The notes beneath the pieces are model-generated. The model had not been told where the DNA came from. It did no database searches and was given only the letters and a program-made list of their open reading frames with translations. The translations under genes and the position numbers were made by a program. 27,383 nt of DNA, from the sequence record SRR31156797_9688. The stretch is one strand, 5' to 3'. Shown in pieces: positions 8,693 to 19,100 of this stretch. Positions within the stretch are counted from its first letter, which is position 1. Each line of letters opens with the position of its first letter.

Positions 8693-10063
8693 TTAGGACA
8701 AAGCAATTTTACTATTGAGTTTTCTGAATTCTCTAATGATAAATATACTTGCAACAATTGCCGAACCAACATCGGAGATTGGACCTGCAAACCACACACC
8801 ATTCAAACCAAAATAGTTTGGTAAGATAAAAAGAATAGGAATCAATAAAATTACCTGGCGCATTAATGTTAATAAGGTAGAAACACCTGCTTTACCAATA
8901 GATTGAAAGTAATTCCCAACTATCACCTGAAAACCAACAACAGGCAATGCCAATAAAAATGTTCGTAAACCAAAACTTCCAACGGCTAATAATTCTTCGT
9001 TTGTGCTGTTAAAAGCCAATACCATTGTCTCTGGGAACAATTGAACAAAAATCCAACCGGTAATCGCCACTCCCGTTGCAGCTTTCATACAAATTATTAG
9101 TGTCTCTTTCACCCTAGCGTAATTCTTAGCTCCATGATTGAATCCAAAGATTGGTTGAGCCGCCATATTGATTGCAACAATAGACATCACAATTAACATG
9201 GCAACAGAATTGATTACACCCATAGCAGCAATGGCAATATCATTACTAAACTTTATCAATTGAATATTATATAATGCTTGAACAAAACTGCCCGCAATCT
9301 GCATCGAGAATGGAGCAAATCCAATAGTAAGTATATAAATTACAATTTGTCCATTGAGCTTAAAATTACTTCCCCGCAACTTAATTACAGAACGAGAACT
9401 TCTAAAATGGCTCAACACCCAAATGCACAAAATCAACTGTGAAATTATGGTTGCCCAAGCTGCACCGGCAACTCCCATATCCAAAGCAAAAATAAAAATT
9501 GGGTCTAATACGATATTGGTTCCAGCACTAATTAACATGGAATACATAGCAATTTTTGCATTCCCTTCAGAACGAATCAAATTGTTCATAGAAAAGCCAA
9601 CCACACTAAAAACAGCACCGTAAAGAATAATATTCAGGTATTCGTTGGCAACCGACATGGTATCGTCACCCACACCAAAAAGTCTTAATAGTGGATCTTT
9701 TATAAGAAAACCTATCGTTGTAATTATTACCGATACAATAAGCATCAGAACGAATGAATTTCCCAGAACCCATTCGGCTCTTTTAAAATCTTTTTTTCCT
9801 AAATTAATTGATATTCGAACTCCTGCGCCTAATCCGATCAACATTCCAAAAGCCATCAGTATCAGCATAATTGGATATACTGCACTTAATCCCGAAAGGG
9901 CTGTTGCACCAACACCTTGTCCAATAAAAATCCTATCGACAACATTGTAAAGCGAGTTAATAACAACTCCGGTAAATGCCGGTAGGAAGTACTTCCATAG
10001 TAAACTGCTAATCTTCGAATTTTCTAATTCGTAAACATTTTGGGTATTCTTGTCCGTATTCAT
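8693..10063 (-). CDS. MATE family efflux transporter (MepA-like)
   Basis: SLYNVVDRIFIGQGVG, IRSEGNA, NIVLDPIFIF, MGVAGAAWATIISQ, QPIFGFNHGA, YFQSIGKA; about 12 hydrophobic segments. ATG 10063 is chosen because a -7 element overlaps the longer 10084 start. Confidence 0.93.
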   Translation of the reverse strand: MNTDKNTQNVYELENSKISSLLWKYFLPAFTGVVINSLYNVVDRIFIGQGVGATALSGLSAVYPIMLILMAFGMLIGLGAGVRISINLGKKDFKRAEWVLGNSFVLMLIVSVIITTIGFLIKDPLLRLFGVGDDTMSVANEYLNIILYGAVFSVVGFSMNNLIRSEGNAKIAMYSMLISAGTNIVLDPIFIFALDMGVAGAAWATIISQLILCIWVLSHFRSSRSVIKLRGSNFKLNGQIVIYILTIGFAPFSMQIAGSFVQALYNIQLIKFSNDIAIAAMGVINSVAMLIVMSIVAINMAAQPIFGFNHGAKNYARVKETLIICMKAATGVAITGWIFVQLFPETMVLAFNSTNEELLAVGSFGLRTFLLALPVVGFQVIVGNYFQSIGKAGVSTLLTLMRQVILLIPILFILPNYFGLNGVWFAGPISDVGSAIVASIFIIREFRKLNSKIALS

Positions 10064-10072
10064 AAAGTGTGG

Positions 10073-10080
10073 CAAATGTA
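10073..10080 (-). promoter_or_regulatory. Sigma-A -7 element of the MATE gene (very short leader)
   Basis: TACATTTG on the - strand, 9 nt upstream of ATG 10063. Confidence 0.55.
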
Positions 10081-10213
10081 CCAATAATGCTCTCTAATAA
10101 AGATTAAATCCAAATTAAAAAGAAGAAAAATCGGTAAACTAACTCATGTAGAAGGCAAAATACTTGCAAATATCTGCCAATTGAGATGTTTAATGCAGAC
10201 AACTACTGATAGA

Positions 10214-10546
10214 TTATTTTAGTTCATATCTATCTTTCTCTGCAAAGTAATCCATTACTATGGTCCGCTTGCTAAATTTTGCAGAATGCAATACCGCTTC
10301 AGGAATATAATAATGATCTCCCTTACTATATTTCTTCGTTTCGCTCCCAATGGTCAATTCCATATCTCCATCGATAACCATTCCCCATTGCGCACCGTGA
10401 GAATGACGAGGAACTTCACCAATTGGTTCAATGTCGAAGAATACAATTTGATGATTTTCTCCTTGGGCTACCCAACCTCTTACACCTTTAAATGGAATAT
10501 TTGCTTCGGGTAAGTTTTTAATCATTTCTGGATAAATGTCGTTCAT
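10214..10546 (-). CDS. Cupin domain protein
   Basis: Cupin motif 1 VPRHSHGAQWGMVIDGDMEL and motif 2 GDHYYIPEAVLHSA. ATG at 10546. Confidence 0.88.
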   Translation of the reverse strand: MNDIYPEMIKNLPEANIPFKGVRGWVAQGENHQIVFFDIEPIGEVPRHSHGAQWGMVIDGDMELTIGSETKKYSKGDHYYIPEAVLHSAKFSKRTIVMDYFAEKDRYELK

Positions 10547-10568
10547 ATTGATCAATTAAGCATTTAGT

Positions 10569-11234
10569 TTATAGATATTTACTTCCTTCTCTAACACTTA
10601 GAGGAGACAATGGATTTCTGGAAATAAAATTCCTTACCCAATCGGGATTGAATTTTGAATATTGTCGTAAAGCCCAACCAATTGCTTTATTTACAAAAAA
10701 TTCATTAGTAAGATGATTGCAGAAAATAGTCTTCTTTAAAAACTCTGTGTCTGTTTGATCTTTGTATTTCAACTGAAAAATTATGCTGACTCTCTTCAAC
10801 CAAATATTTGAATCCATCATCCAAGATTTCAATTTCTCCTCTTTTAATTCCGGATATTTCTGACATAAAATGCCAACCAAAGGAGCAATTGTATCTACAG
10901 AATCCCACCAGGATTTTGCAAGGATTAATCGTTCTAGATTTTTAATATCCTTCTTTGCCAATTGAGTTTGAAGTTTCTTTAAATAATCTAAAGCAAGATA
11001 TTGAAATTCTCTTTCAGGCAATTCGAACAAATAGAAAACAAAAGCCCAGTCAAGCTTTTTAGTTTTTGTTTTCAAGTTTAAAAATTCCTTACCCAACTCA
11101 GCTCTTTTAGGTTTTGGAATGCCCAAAAAAGAAAAGTTATTTTTCATATAGGCAGACATTCTTGCTGCATATTCAGGATCAGCATTTCTATGGTAAATAT
11201 CTACTATTTCTAATGTGTCAATTGTCGATTCCAT
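10569..11234 (-). CDS. alkD: DNA alkylation repair protein, AlkD-type HEAT-like repeat glycosylase
   Basis: MSAYMKNNFSFLGIPKPKR, EREFQY, SWWDSVD, WLKRVSI, EFFVNKAIGWALRQYSK and LSVREGSKYL: AlkD catalytic Trp/Asp/Arg/Trp pattern. Confidence 0.88.
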   Translation of the reverse strand: MESTIDTLEIVDIYHRNADPEYAARMSAYMKNNFSFLGIPKPKRAELGKEFLNLKTKTKKLDWAFVFYLFELPEREFQYLALDYLKKLQTQLAKKDIKNLERLILAKSWWDSVDTIAPLVGILCQKYPELKEEKLKSWMMDSNIWLKRVSIIFQLKYKDQTDTEFLKKTIFCNHLTNEFFVNKAIGWALRQYSKFNPDWVRNFISRNPLSPLSVREGSKYL

Positions 11235-11255
11235 TTCTGTTTATTGCTTATTACA

Positions 11256-11963
11256 TTAACATCTGGCAGTTTTTTTCTTTTTGCCAACTCTTCCTTTATC
11301 AATAATTTTTTGGAGATATTCAGGAGCAAACGGAACTTTACAGGATGTGTTCCCCATGAACACTTCTACTTTACCAATCTTTTCGGCGGTTTGCATCGAC
11401 AAATCAGTCAATTCTTTAACGTATGCTCCTACCGAAATTACAAAACCATTCATGGTATATTTCACTCTATTGCTTTGCCCATGAATCGTATCTTCTATTC
11501 TTTGTAACAACTCTTTTATCAATTTGATATCCAATTCCTCATCTTTTTTTAAAGCCACCAAATTTGACAAGGTTGACCAACCAGCTGCAGCTATGGTTTT
11601 CTTATCCGACTCTATCCATTCCAAAGCCAATTCAAGTCCATATTGAGATTCTGAGGCAATCCAGGCAACCGTATATTCACTTATCATGTACCAATAGGCT
11701 CCATTTGCCCATTTTTTCAAATCGTCTTTGGTCATTTTCTTTTCATCAGCAATTAAACCTGCCAAATACATGGCATCCGAATTTCCAGAATCAAACAATT
11801 CCAGTGATAACTGATAATTCTTTTTAATTTTTTTAACAATCTTTTTAAGATCCTGAACTTTAACTCCGAAAAATGGTTCACGTGCTCCGTAATTTATAAA
11901 TATCCTCTTGGTATTTTCATTGCCATAGCTTTCCAACTCTTTTAAAACTTCTTCTTTGGTCAT
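11256..11963 (-). CDS. DNA alkylation repair family protein (divergent AlkD-like HEAT-repeat subfamily)
   Basis: FGVKVQDLKKIVK, ELFDSGNSDAMYLAGLIAD, LEWIES, AAGWS, RVKYTMNGF, CKVPFA. All-helical pattern with a basic C-terminal tail. Confidence 0.8.
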   Translation of the reverse strand: MTKEEVLKELESYGNENTKRIFINYGAREPFFGVKVQDLKKIVKKIKKNYQLSLELFDSGNSDAMYLAGLIADEKKMTKDDLKKWANGAYWYMISEYTVAWIASESQYGLELALEWIESDKKTIAAAGWSTLSNLVALKKDEELDIKLIKELLQRIEDTIHGQSNRVKYTMNGFVISVGAYVKELTDLSMQTAEKIGKVEVFMGNTSCKVPFAPEYLQKIIDKGRVGKKKKTARC

Positions 11964-11969
11964 TGTTTA

Positions 11970-14900
11970 TTAAATTTTATCAAGATTAGGAGCATTTATT
12001 TTAAATACATCGGCATATACCAATCGTGGTTGATTCTCTTCCGATACAGAAGCAACACTTGTAATTCTTCCTTTAGTTAGCGGAATTCCTTCAAATTCCT
12101 GAATGATTACCTGCAAAGGTTGATCTTTGTATTTCCGACTCAACTTAAATTCTCTTGTAATGGTAAAATAATTATTTTTCACGTAATTTCCATTAATAGA
12201 TATCCTTACACCTTCATCTTCCAAACTCTCCTCATTTCTTCCATCGCTAACTGTGCCATACATTGGTTGAACCAATTCCGGATCGAGAAAACTAATCGTG
12301 ATATAGTTACCTGTATTCCCATTTTTATCCAAAGCATTTGAAATTACACCTTCAATTTGAAGGGTAAAGCGCGAATTCATATTGTCCTTTTTAAAGGTAA
12401 GTGTTGCCAAACGTTCGGGAACCAATTGAATGTAATCTGCCATCACAACTGATGAGAGACATACATCTGTTCCTCCCTTTCGAACCGAATGAGGTTGATA
12501 TCTTGCCAAAGCCAGTTTCACAAACGGGAAATACATTTTACCATGATTCAAGGCAAAATCGGCATACCACATTTTCCTTTCCTGATCGAACTCAACAGGA
12601 TAGGCAACAGCTGTAGTTTTTAACTTTTCATTGTCTGGATATGTCAATGACTTGTCAACGATTGGATTGTGCCTAAAATCATTTATTGCAGGGTAATTTA
12701 ATGCTCCTGGTTTTGAAGGTCTAATCGGATCCTGTGCCCAATGCGTTAATCCCTTATTAAATCCAGCACCAAGCATGCTAACAAAACTCTGTGCAATTTT
12801 AGATGGAGCGCTTTCTGGAATTAAAACTGCCAACATTTCATCTTCGCCAGTAGAAAACCAGGGACGTTTTAAATAAACACGCAATCCACCTCCAAGTCGG
12901 TGTTGACGCATAACTGTAGCTGATTTCGTTTTTCTCCATTCAAAAGTAGGAATCACATAATCTATCAATGGAACTTTTGGTCTAGCCGTACTTAGAATAT
13001 TTACCTTTTCGAACCATTCACCATCCCTGATTAACTTCAATCCTTCCGATTTTACCAATTTATCGAAATGCTCTGCATATCGAGTGGTTCCCTCCGGATG
13101 ATAATCCACATATCTGTGTTTTGTATCGCCAAATTTATGCTTAAGTGCACCACTCATTGAGCTTATTAAAGCTACTTTCAGTGTTTGCTTCTCATTATTA
13201 TTTTGCCCCTGAATTGCCAATTGCTTTGATGGATCCTTCTTCTCAGGAAGGTTACCTTTGTTAATACTTTCATCGTGATAGTTAACCGGAACTTCTTCTA
13301 CATTTCCAGAATTCTCTTTCCACATTGGTCCTATTGCACGAGGATCATCGGTTCTATCTCTCCAACGAGCCATATACTCTACTTTGTGAGTAGAAAATCC
13401 ATGAACCGAAAAGCGTGTATGCAACCAGGCATTTGTATCTGAGTAATTTCGATCAGGAATTATTTCCTCAATTTCGGGTGCAACAACAGGCTGAACTACT
13501 GCATGTGTGAGTTCCAATTCTCTGGCAGGACTAATCATCCAATGCCTTCCTGTTTCCGCCAATTCTTTTAATTTTCCAATATTTACAGGATTCTCTTCTC
13601 TTAACAAATTCCACATTCCCGATAATTCCTCCAGATCTTTTGCTCTCCAAAAAGTTGAAAACTTCAATTTTATTCTTTCGCCTTTCGGCAGATAAACATT
13701 CAATAATCGCTCCGATGCATTCCAGGTAAAGTTTGTATCACCTTCCTGCAATCTAATTCGTAAAGATTTAGCTTTGTACCATTCATCATCCGATACATTT
13801 ACATTGGTTTCTGAAGGACTCAATTCTGTATTAGTGAAAAAGCTAAACAATCGTGGATCGAAAGTTTGTGAGTGCGTATCATCATATCCATCTGCAAGAA
13901 ACAGAGCTACTCCAGCCGCCGCAGGATCTGGTAAATAAATCAAATCAACATCATCACTCTTGTATACCTTTTCCTTGCCATTCTCACCATTCTCTAACTG
14001 AACTTCGTGCTCGCTAATCAACTGATACAATTCTTTTGCAACTTGAGGATTATTCCCAAATGCCTTATCGAATTTAGCATGCTGTTCTGCTATCAATTGT
14101 GAGTTTCTTGGAGGTAAAAAGTGTCTTGTGGCTTCCGTATTTTCACTGGAATCGATAGCTCCATATCGCTGTTGAAACTCTTGAGTAGTCATATCGTGAT
14201 TACTTCGAACAACCAATTCTTCCAGTGCTTCACCATCTTTTAATTCAGATCCCAATAACAATACAGGATTCATGAGTGCATCAAAACGATAATATCTGAA
14301 TCCTCTAATAACAGCCTCATTTATCTTTTCTGCCTGGAAATCTAAAGGCACACTATTTCCTGCCAAATCAACAGTTCTTACCCTCAACAAATAATCTCTA
14401 CCAAATCGTAATCGAGGCAAAGTTCCAGCTACACTTTTGGTTTTGCTGTGCAAACGAAATTCTCGTGTTGTATCAAACTCATACTTTTTAACTTCCAGAT
14501 TCTTTGATTTATTCACATAATCTACTTGCTTGGAAGGGTCGATATTGTCATCTTCAGATTCGTTTATGGCAAATCCAGGTTTTGGAACGGAAAGACTCCA
14601 TCCCTCCCAACGAATCATACTTTCTCCAACAAAAAGCTCATTGGCGTCTTCGGTATCTTCGGCAGCAGCCGTTTGAATAAATCCTTCATCAACTTCTAAA
14701 TTATCGATAACCTCTTCTGCATTATCTGAATCAAAATAAGAGTAAACCTCCTGCCTCATATGCAATGAATGCCATTTTTCCGGATTCGATGAATATGCCA
14801 CATCCATTCTATAACCTTGTACTAAATCTTCAGCATACAACTGCTCGTTGGATAAAATAAGATTCAAAGAATTGTCCAGTTTCGATGGATCTATAATCTT

Positions 14901-16130
14901 TGCCTGTAAATATTTTGCTTTTACAAACCTTGTATTCAAATGCTCTCCTATTCCATTTCCAGCAATTCCAATTCCTGCCGATCGTAAACTAGGTAATCCC
15001 TCCTTTTCAGGTGGATCAGCTGGAACTACACCCTTGGAATATTTCTTACTTTTTCCTAGATCCAATTCTAGCACTTTCAGTTTCACCTCTTCAAGAACCT
15101 TATTGTCCACCATTTGGTTCATTTTTAGAGCAACACCATCGGTATCAACCTGAAAAGCTGTAAAAGCATCGGTATTGATTTTCACAAAGCCCATATTCAC
15201 ACGTGAATTTTCTTTTGCCTGTGTATAAAAGCCTCGTATAGTTCGTTTATAAGCCGTCAATGGTACAGAAACATCTGTATCCATTGTAAAATTCATATTC
15301 TCCACAATCAAACGAAATGCACTTTGATTTGGAAATTCTTCAGGTATTTCCATCGTAAAATCAAGAACTATTCCCAATTTTCTCTGTATTTGTGGATAAT
15401 TACTTATTACTGCCAATATATCGTGGAATTCGAATTCTGGCTTTACAATCTTCTTTAAAGGAACTTTACGAGTTGGTTTATCTGTCTTGTGAAAATCTCT
15501 AAATTGAGTAAAATCTAATTTTGGATTGGCATGCTTTGCAAACGGAACAAACCCATTCTTGTTTCGAATTTCGTTCAAACGCTTAGCTGTAAATTCATCT
15601 ACATCTAAAAAATCAGATTCTTTGTACTCTCTTCTCCTTCCTGCTGCACTCATTTGAGCTTCCTGCTTTGGCGTATCCCGCTTTGTAAATCGAGATATTT
15701 GTCCTAAACCCTCGGAATCTCGAAGAATTTCAGGTTCAACCAAACGATCAGGACTTTGAATACCAAGTTTTTTATAGGTATCAAACACAAAGCTTTGAAC
15801 GTGCTTAAGCGGATAGGAGTGAATTCTTGTCACGCTTAAATCTTCCTGCTCAAATCCATCAACACGAATATCCTCATGAATGAGTTTTTGCCACAAATCC
15901 TCATCCAATTTATCAGAATTTAATAAAATATCATGTTCATCACCACTTTTTAGACGAATCTTAAATGTGGAATTCTTGATTTTTTGCACCCAATTTTCCA
16001 TATCAGGAAAAGAACCGATTTTTTTCACATTCGCTGTTTCCAGACGCAAACTTACTTGCACCGAAAATCGCAGCTTATTCTCCTCATCGATTCGGTGTGG
16101 CAAACAGGTAAATATAATGGACTGTTTCAT
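11970..16130 (-). CDS. Giant uncharacterised protein (1386 aa), no signal peptide, probably beta-sandwich rich ('protein B')
   Basis: A 4.2-kb uninterrupted ORF. Motif-like blocks: WEGWSLSVPKPG, LPRLRFGRDYLLRVRTVDLAGNS, YLPDP, HKFGDTKHR, GGGLRVYLKRPWFSTGEDE, YFPFVKLALARYQPHS. No catalytic signature recognised. Confidence 0.85.
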   Translation of the reverse strand: MKQSIIFTCLPHRIDEENKLRFSVQVSLRLETANVKKIGSFPDMENWVQKIKNSTFKIRLKSGDEHDILLNSDKLDEDLWQKLIHEDIRVDGFEQEDLSVTRIHSYPLKHVQSFVFDTYKKLGIQSPDRLVEPEILRDSEGLGQISRFTKRDTPKQEAQMSAAGRRREYKESDFLDVDEFTAKRLNEIRNKNGFVPFAKHANPKLDFTQFRDFHKTDKPTRKVPLKKIVKPEFEFHDILAVISNYPQIQRKLGIVLDFTMEIPEEFPNQSAFRLIVENMNFTMDTDVSVPLTAYKRTIRGFYTQAKENSRVNMGFVKINTDAFTAFQVDTDGVALKMNQMVDNKVLEEVKLKVLELDLGKSKKYSKGVVPADPPEKEGLPSLRSAGIGIAGNGIGEHLNTRFVKAKYLQAKIIDPSKLDNSLNLILSNEQLYAEDLVQGYRMDVAYSSNPEKWHSLHMRQEVYSYFDSDNAEEVIDNLEVDEGFIQTAAAEDTEDANELFVGESMIRWEGWSLSVPKPGFAINESEDDNIDPSKQVDYVNKSKNLEVKKYEFDTTREFRLHSKTKSVAGTLPRLRFGRDYLLRVRTVDLAGNSVPLDFQAEKINEAVIRGFRYYRFDALMNPVLLLGSELKDGEALEELVVRSNHDMTTQEFQQRYGAIDSSENTEATRHFLPPRNSQLIAEQHAKFDKAFGNNPQVAKELYQLISEHEVQLENGENGKEKVYKSDDVDLIYLPDPAAAGVALFLADGYDDTHSQTFDPRLFSFFTNTELSPSETNVNVSDDEWYKAKSLRIRLQEGDTNFTWNASERLLNVYLPKGERIKLKFSTFWRAKDLEELSGMWNLLREENPVNIGKLKELAETGRHWMISPARELELTHAVVQPVVAPEIEEIIPDRNYSDTNAWLHTRFSVHGFSTHKVEYMARWRDRTDDPRAIGPMWKENSGNVEEVPVNYHDESINKGNLPEKKDPSKQLAIQGQNNNEKQTLKVALISSMSGALKHKFGDTKHRYVDYHPEGTTRYAEHFDKLVKSEGLKLIRDGEWFEKVNILSTARPKVPLIDYVIPTFEWRKTKSATVMRQHRLGGGLRVYLKRPWFSTGEDEMLAVLIPESAPSKIAQSFVSMLGAGFNKGLTHWAQDPIRPSKPGALNYPAINDFRHNPIVDKSLTYPDNEKLKTTAVAYPVEFDQERKMWYADFALNHGKMYFPFVKLALARYQPHSVRKGGTDVCLSSVVMADYIQLVPERLATLTFKKDNMNSRFTLQIEGVISNALDKNGNTGNYITISFLDPELVQPMYGTVSDGRNEESLEDEGVRISINGNYVKNNYFTITREFKLSRKYKDQPLQVIIQEFEGIPLTKGRITSVASVSEENQPRLVYADVFKINAPNLDKI

Positions 16131-16148
16131 CTATATAATATTTTCATT

Positions 16149-19100
16149 TTAAGCATATGCCTGACAATATTCTAACCAATCGTTTTCTTCCATTATCATT
16201 TGGAAAGTAGGATCTGCATCGGCACCTTTTAGTTCCCTTCTGGCAGTTAATGTTACTGTTTTACTAAAGAACAGAACTTCAACCTTAACTTTCACAATAG
16301 CTTCTCCATACAGCTTCTCAACTTTACCATTTTGGAACATAGCTACAAAAGCCAGATAAATCTCCAATGAGATGCTAATGATTCCAAGTATGGATAGATA
16401 TCCATTAAAACGGATATAACCCGTTAATACTGTTTCAGTGTGATCATCTACAATCTCCATACTGAAATAGAATCCTCCCATTACAGAAACGCCACCACTC
16501 GCTATACCAAAATTAACAGACAAGGCTGCTCCAAATTCGAAAGCTGCCTCCATTCCCACAAAACCTTTAACACTAGTTTTCATTAAAAAATAACCACCAC
16601 CACCAAATGCAGAAACTGTTAGCAAGAAAGGAGCTTCTCTTTTACAAAAGTTAAACTTAAGCGTTAAAGGAGCACCTGTAAATGGCAAATTCACACCAGC
16701 ACCTAAAGTCATATTCGCAATGGTGCAAACACCAACTTCTACACTTGGAATCGCTAAATCGAAACCAGCACTAACTCCTGTAGGTGATAATTTCATATAC
16801 GGTCCGTCAGCAAATCCATTAGATGGAATTAAATTCTGCAATTGATTTACAAAACTCAATGGTCCCATAAATAAAATCGAATCTTCCTCTGCCATTTCAA
16901 CTTTCACATCCGCTTTTTTGCCTGAGCCACCACCAAATTTTAAGGATTTGAACCGTACTTGAATCAATTCTTTTATCTCAATCGAGAAATCGGTAAAAGA
17001 GGCATCTACACCAAATTGAGTTTTCTGTGCTGTATCGAAAGGTCTGCTTAACTTGCTTAACACCTGCAACGATTCCTTAGGTTTTTGCACATTTACCGTG
17101 AGGAATCCTCCAAAAAGAGATTTACTTGCTTCCATTTCCGGAATCCATCTATACTCAACAACAAAAGCATTACTAGTTCGATAAGCATTAAAATTTGGTA
17201 TCCTTGGAACCTGATCACTCAAGTGTTGTTCCAACTTATTAACTTTTGAAGTCAACTGATTTCTTAAACTTTGAATCTCTTGTTCAATAGAAGCTTTAGC
17301 CTGGTCTGCTGCATTTTCAAGAAATGCCTGTTGCTCTAAAATATCTTCTTTTATAGTTTCCATTTCACCACTTAAACCTGAGAGCAAATCAGCTTGTTGA
17401 TTTCCTTCCTTACCAAAATTTAAGTTTCCTAACAACAGATCGAATACAGAAACAACACCAAATAATTTTGCGACTGGCATATCACCCGGAGAGCCAAAAA
17501 ATTCTGCTGGATCAAAATCTAAATTTTGCATTTTTTCCACAGCTCCACCCAAAGGTCCTTTTAATTTCGATAATGATGTTACTTGAGTGTTTGGACTCAT
17601 AAACCCACCTGACTTGTCCGATCCTCCCGAAAAATCAGCCTTTAGATTTCCCAAAACTTTGGCAAATATCTTACCCGAATTATCGTCATCTATAAGTTCA
17701 ATTAAAACAGGATCAGGATTGCCCGTTAATTCTTCCACAGCCTTTACTTTAACCGAAGCTGTTTTTATGGTTGGATGAAATTTTAGAATGCTGGCTGGTT
17801 TGTTAATCAAAATTTGTGCACCATATCGTACTTCGCTAGTTTCAAATTGTGTATCCCCTTCAATTAAAGATGGTGAATAAGCAATCTCTTGGCGATTAAA
17901 ATCAGCCGTTGTTCGATTCACTTCGGAATTATAAGCTGCAATAACATCCTCCGATTTAGCTTGATCGTATCCAGCTGATTTCCCCATAAAAATCAATGGC
18001 ATTCGAACCTTTACTTCTTCCCCTTCCTGATCAACTAATAGTAAATCGAATTGCAATTCTATTGCTCCTGAACGTATCCAAAAATTATAATCTCCACCCA
18101 AATTTACAAGGTTAGCTGGAGGATCCAAATCTGGCGTCTTGGAAGCCAAAATTTCTACCGATTGAAATGGAAATGGAATAAATCCATTCTTAGGATCACG
18201 CATTTCGTAATACACAACAGGCTCCAAAATAACAATATACATTCTCTGTCTGTTAACAGCAGATTTAGTTGAATTATCAGGCTTACGTTCGGTTATTTTC
18301 ACTAATGAAGCCGTGTGACCAAATGGAAATAAAAATCCTGCTTCTACAACTTTCACATAATGATCGCGTCCAAGAGTAGCCAAATGTTCCCATTCCAATA
18401 GTTCAAAATCAGGCTGAGTATGAAAGTCTGGAAAATTGAAATTCGCATTAAAATTAAACCAAGCTCCTAATGGTGTAAGCATCAATCGATCAGCCTTAAC
18501 AGGTTTTGGAGTATAATTTTTGATTAAAAAATTTGAGGTCTGATGTACAATATTGTGCCTGTCTCTTCCATCCAAAGCCGTTCTAAATGGAATATTTCTT
18601 GGAGGCTTTGGTTTCAGATTTTTTCTTGCGTCTCTAGACCAAAGAGCTCGAACAGTTCTAAATCCTGAAAGTACATTTTCATCGACTTCACCATTTTTTA
18701 AACGCACACCCATTCTCGAATGCCACAATTCAGACAATTTCCCTTTATTAGATATTAATGGATTATTGAATTGTAGGTTTTTAATGTTTCCCTTATTTAT
18801 CTCTTGATGATCTTTTAAATCAATCTTATTTTTATGAGCAAAGCCCGCTAATTGATTTGGCGATATGAACAAACGAGTTGGTGCCTCAATTGATGTTTCA
18901 AAAACAGATGGCTTTCTCATCTCCAACAGCTTAATCCTAAGGGCTGAATAATTAATATTAGCATACAATTGCCCACTAACTTCTTTGGGTAAGGACTTTT
19001 TTAATTCATTTGCACCATATAAATTCCGTTGACTCAAGCGCTTTTTTCCATATTTCGCGATTGTGAGATTCTGCTTACTTACTCTCTTGTTCAATTTCGA

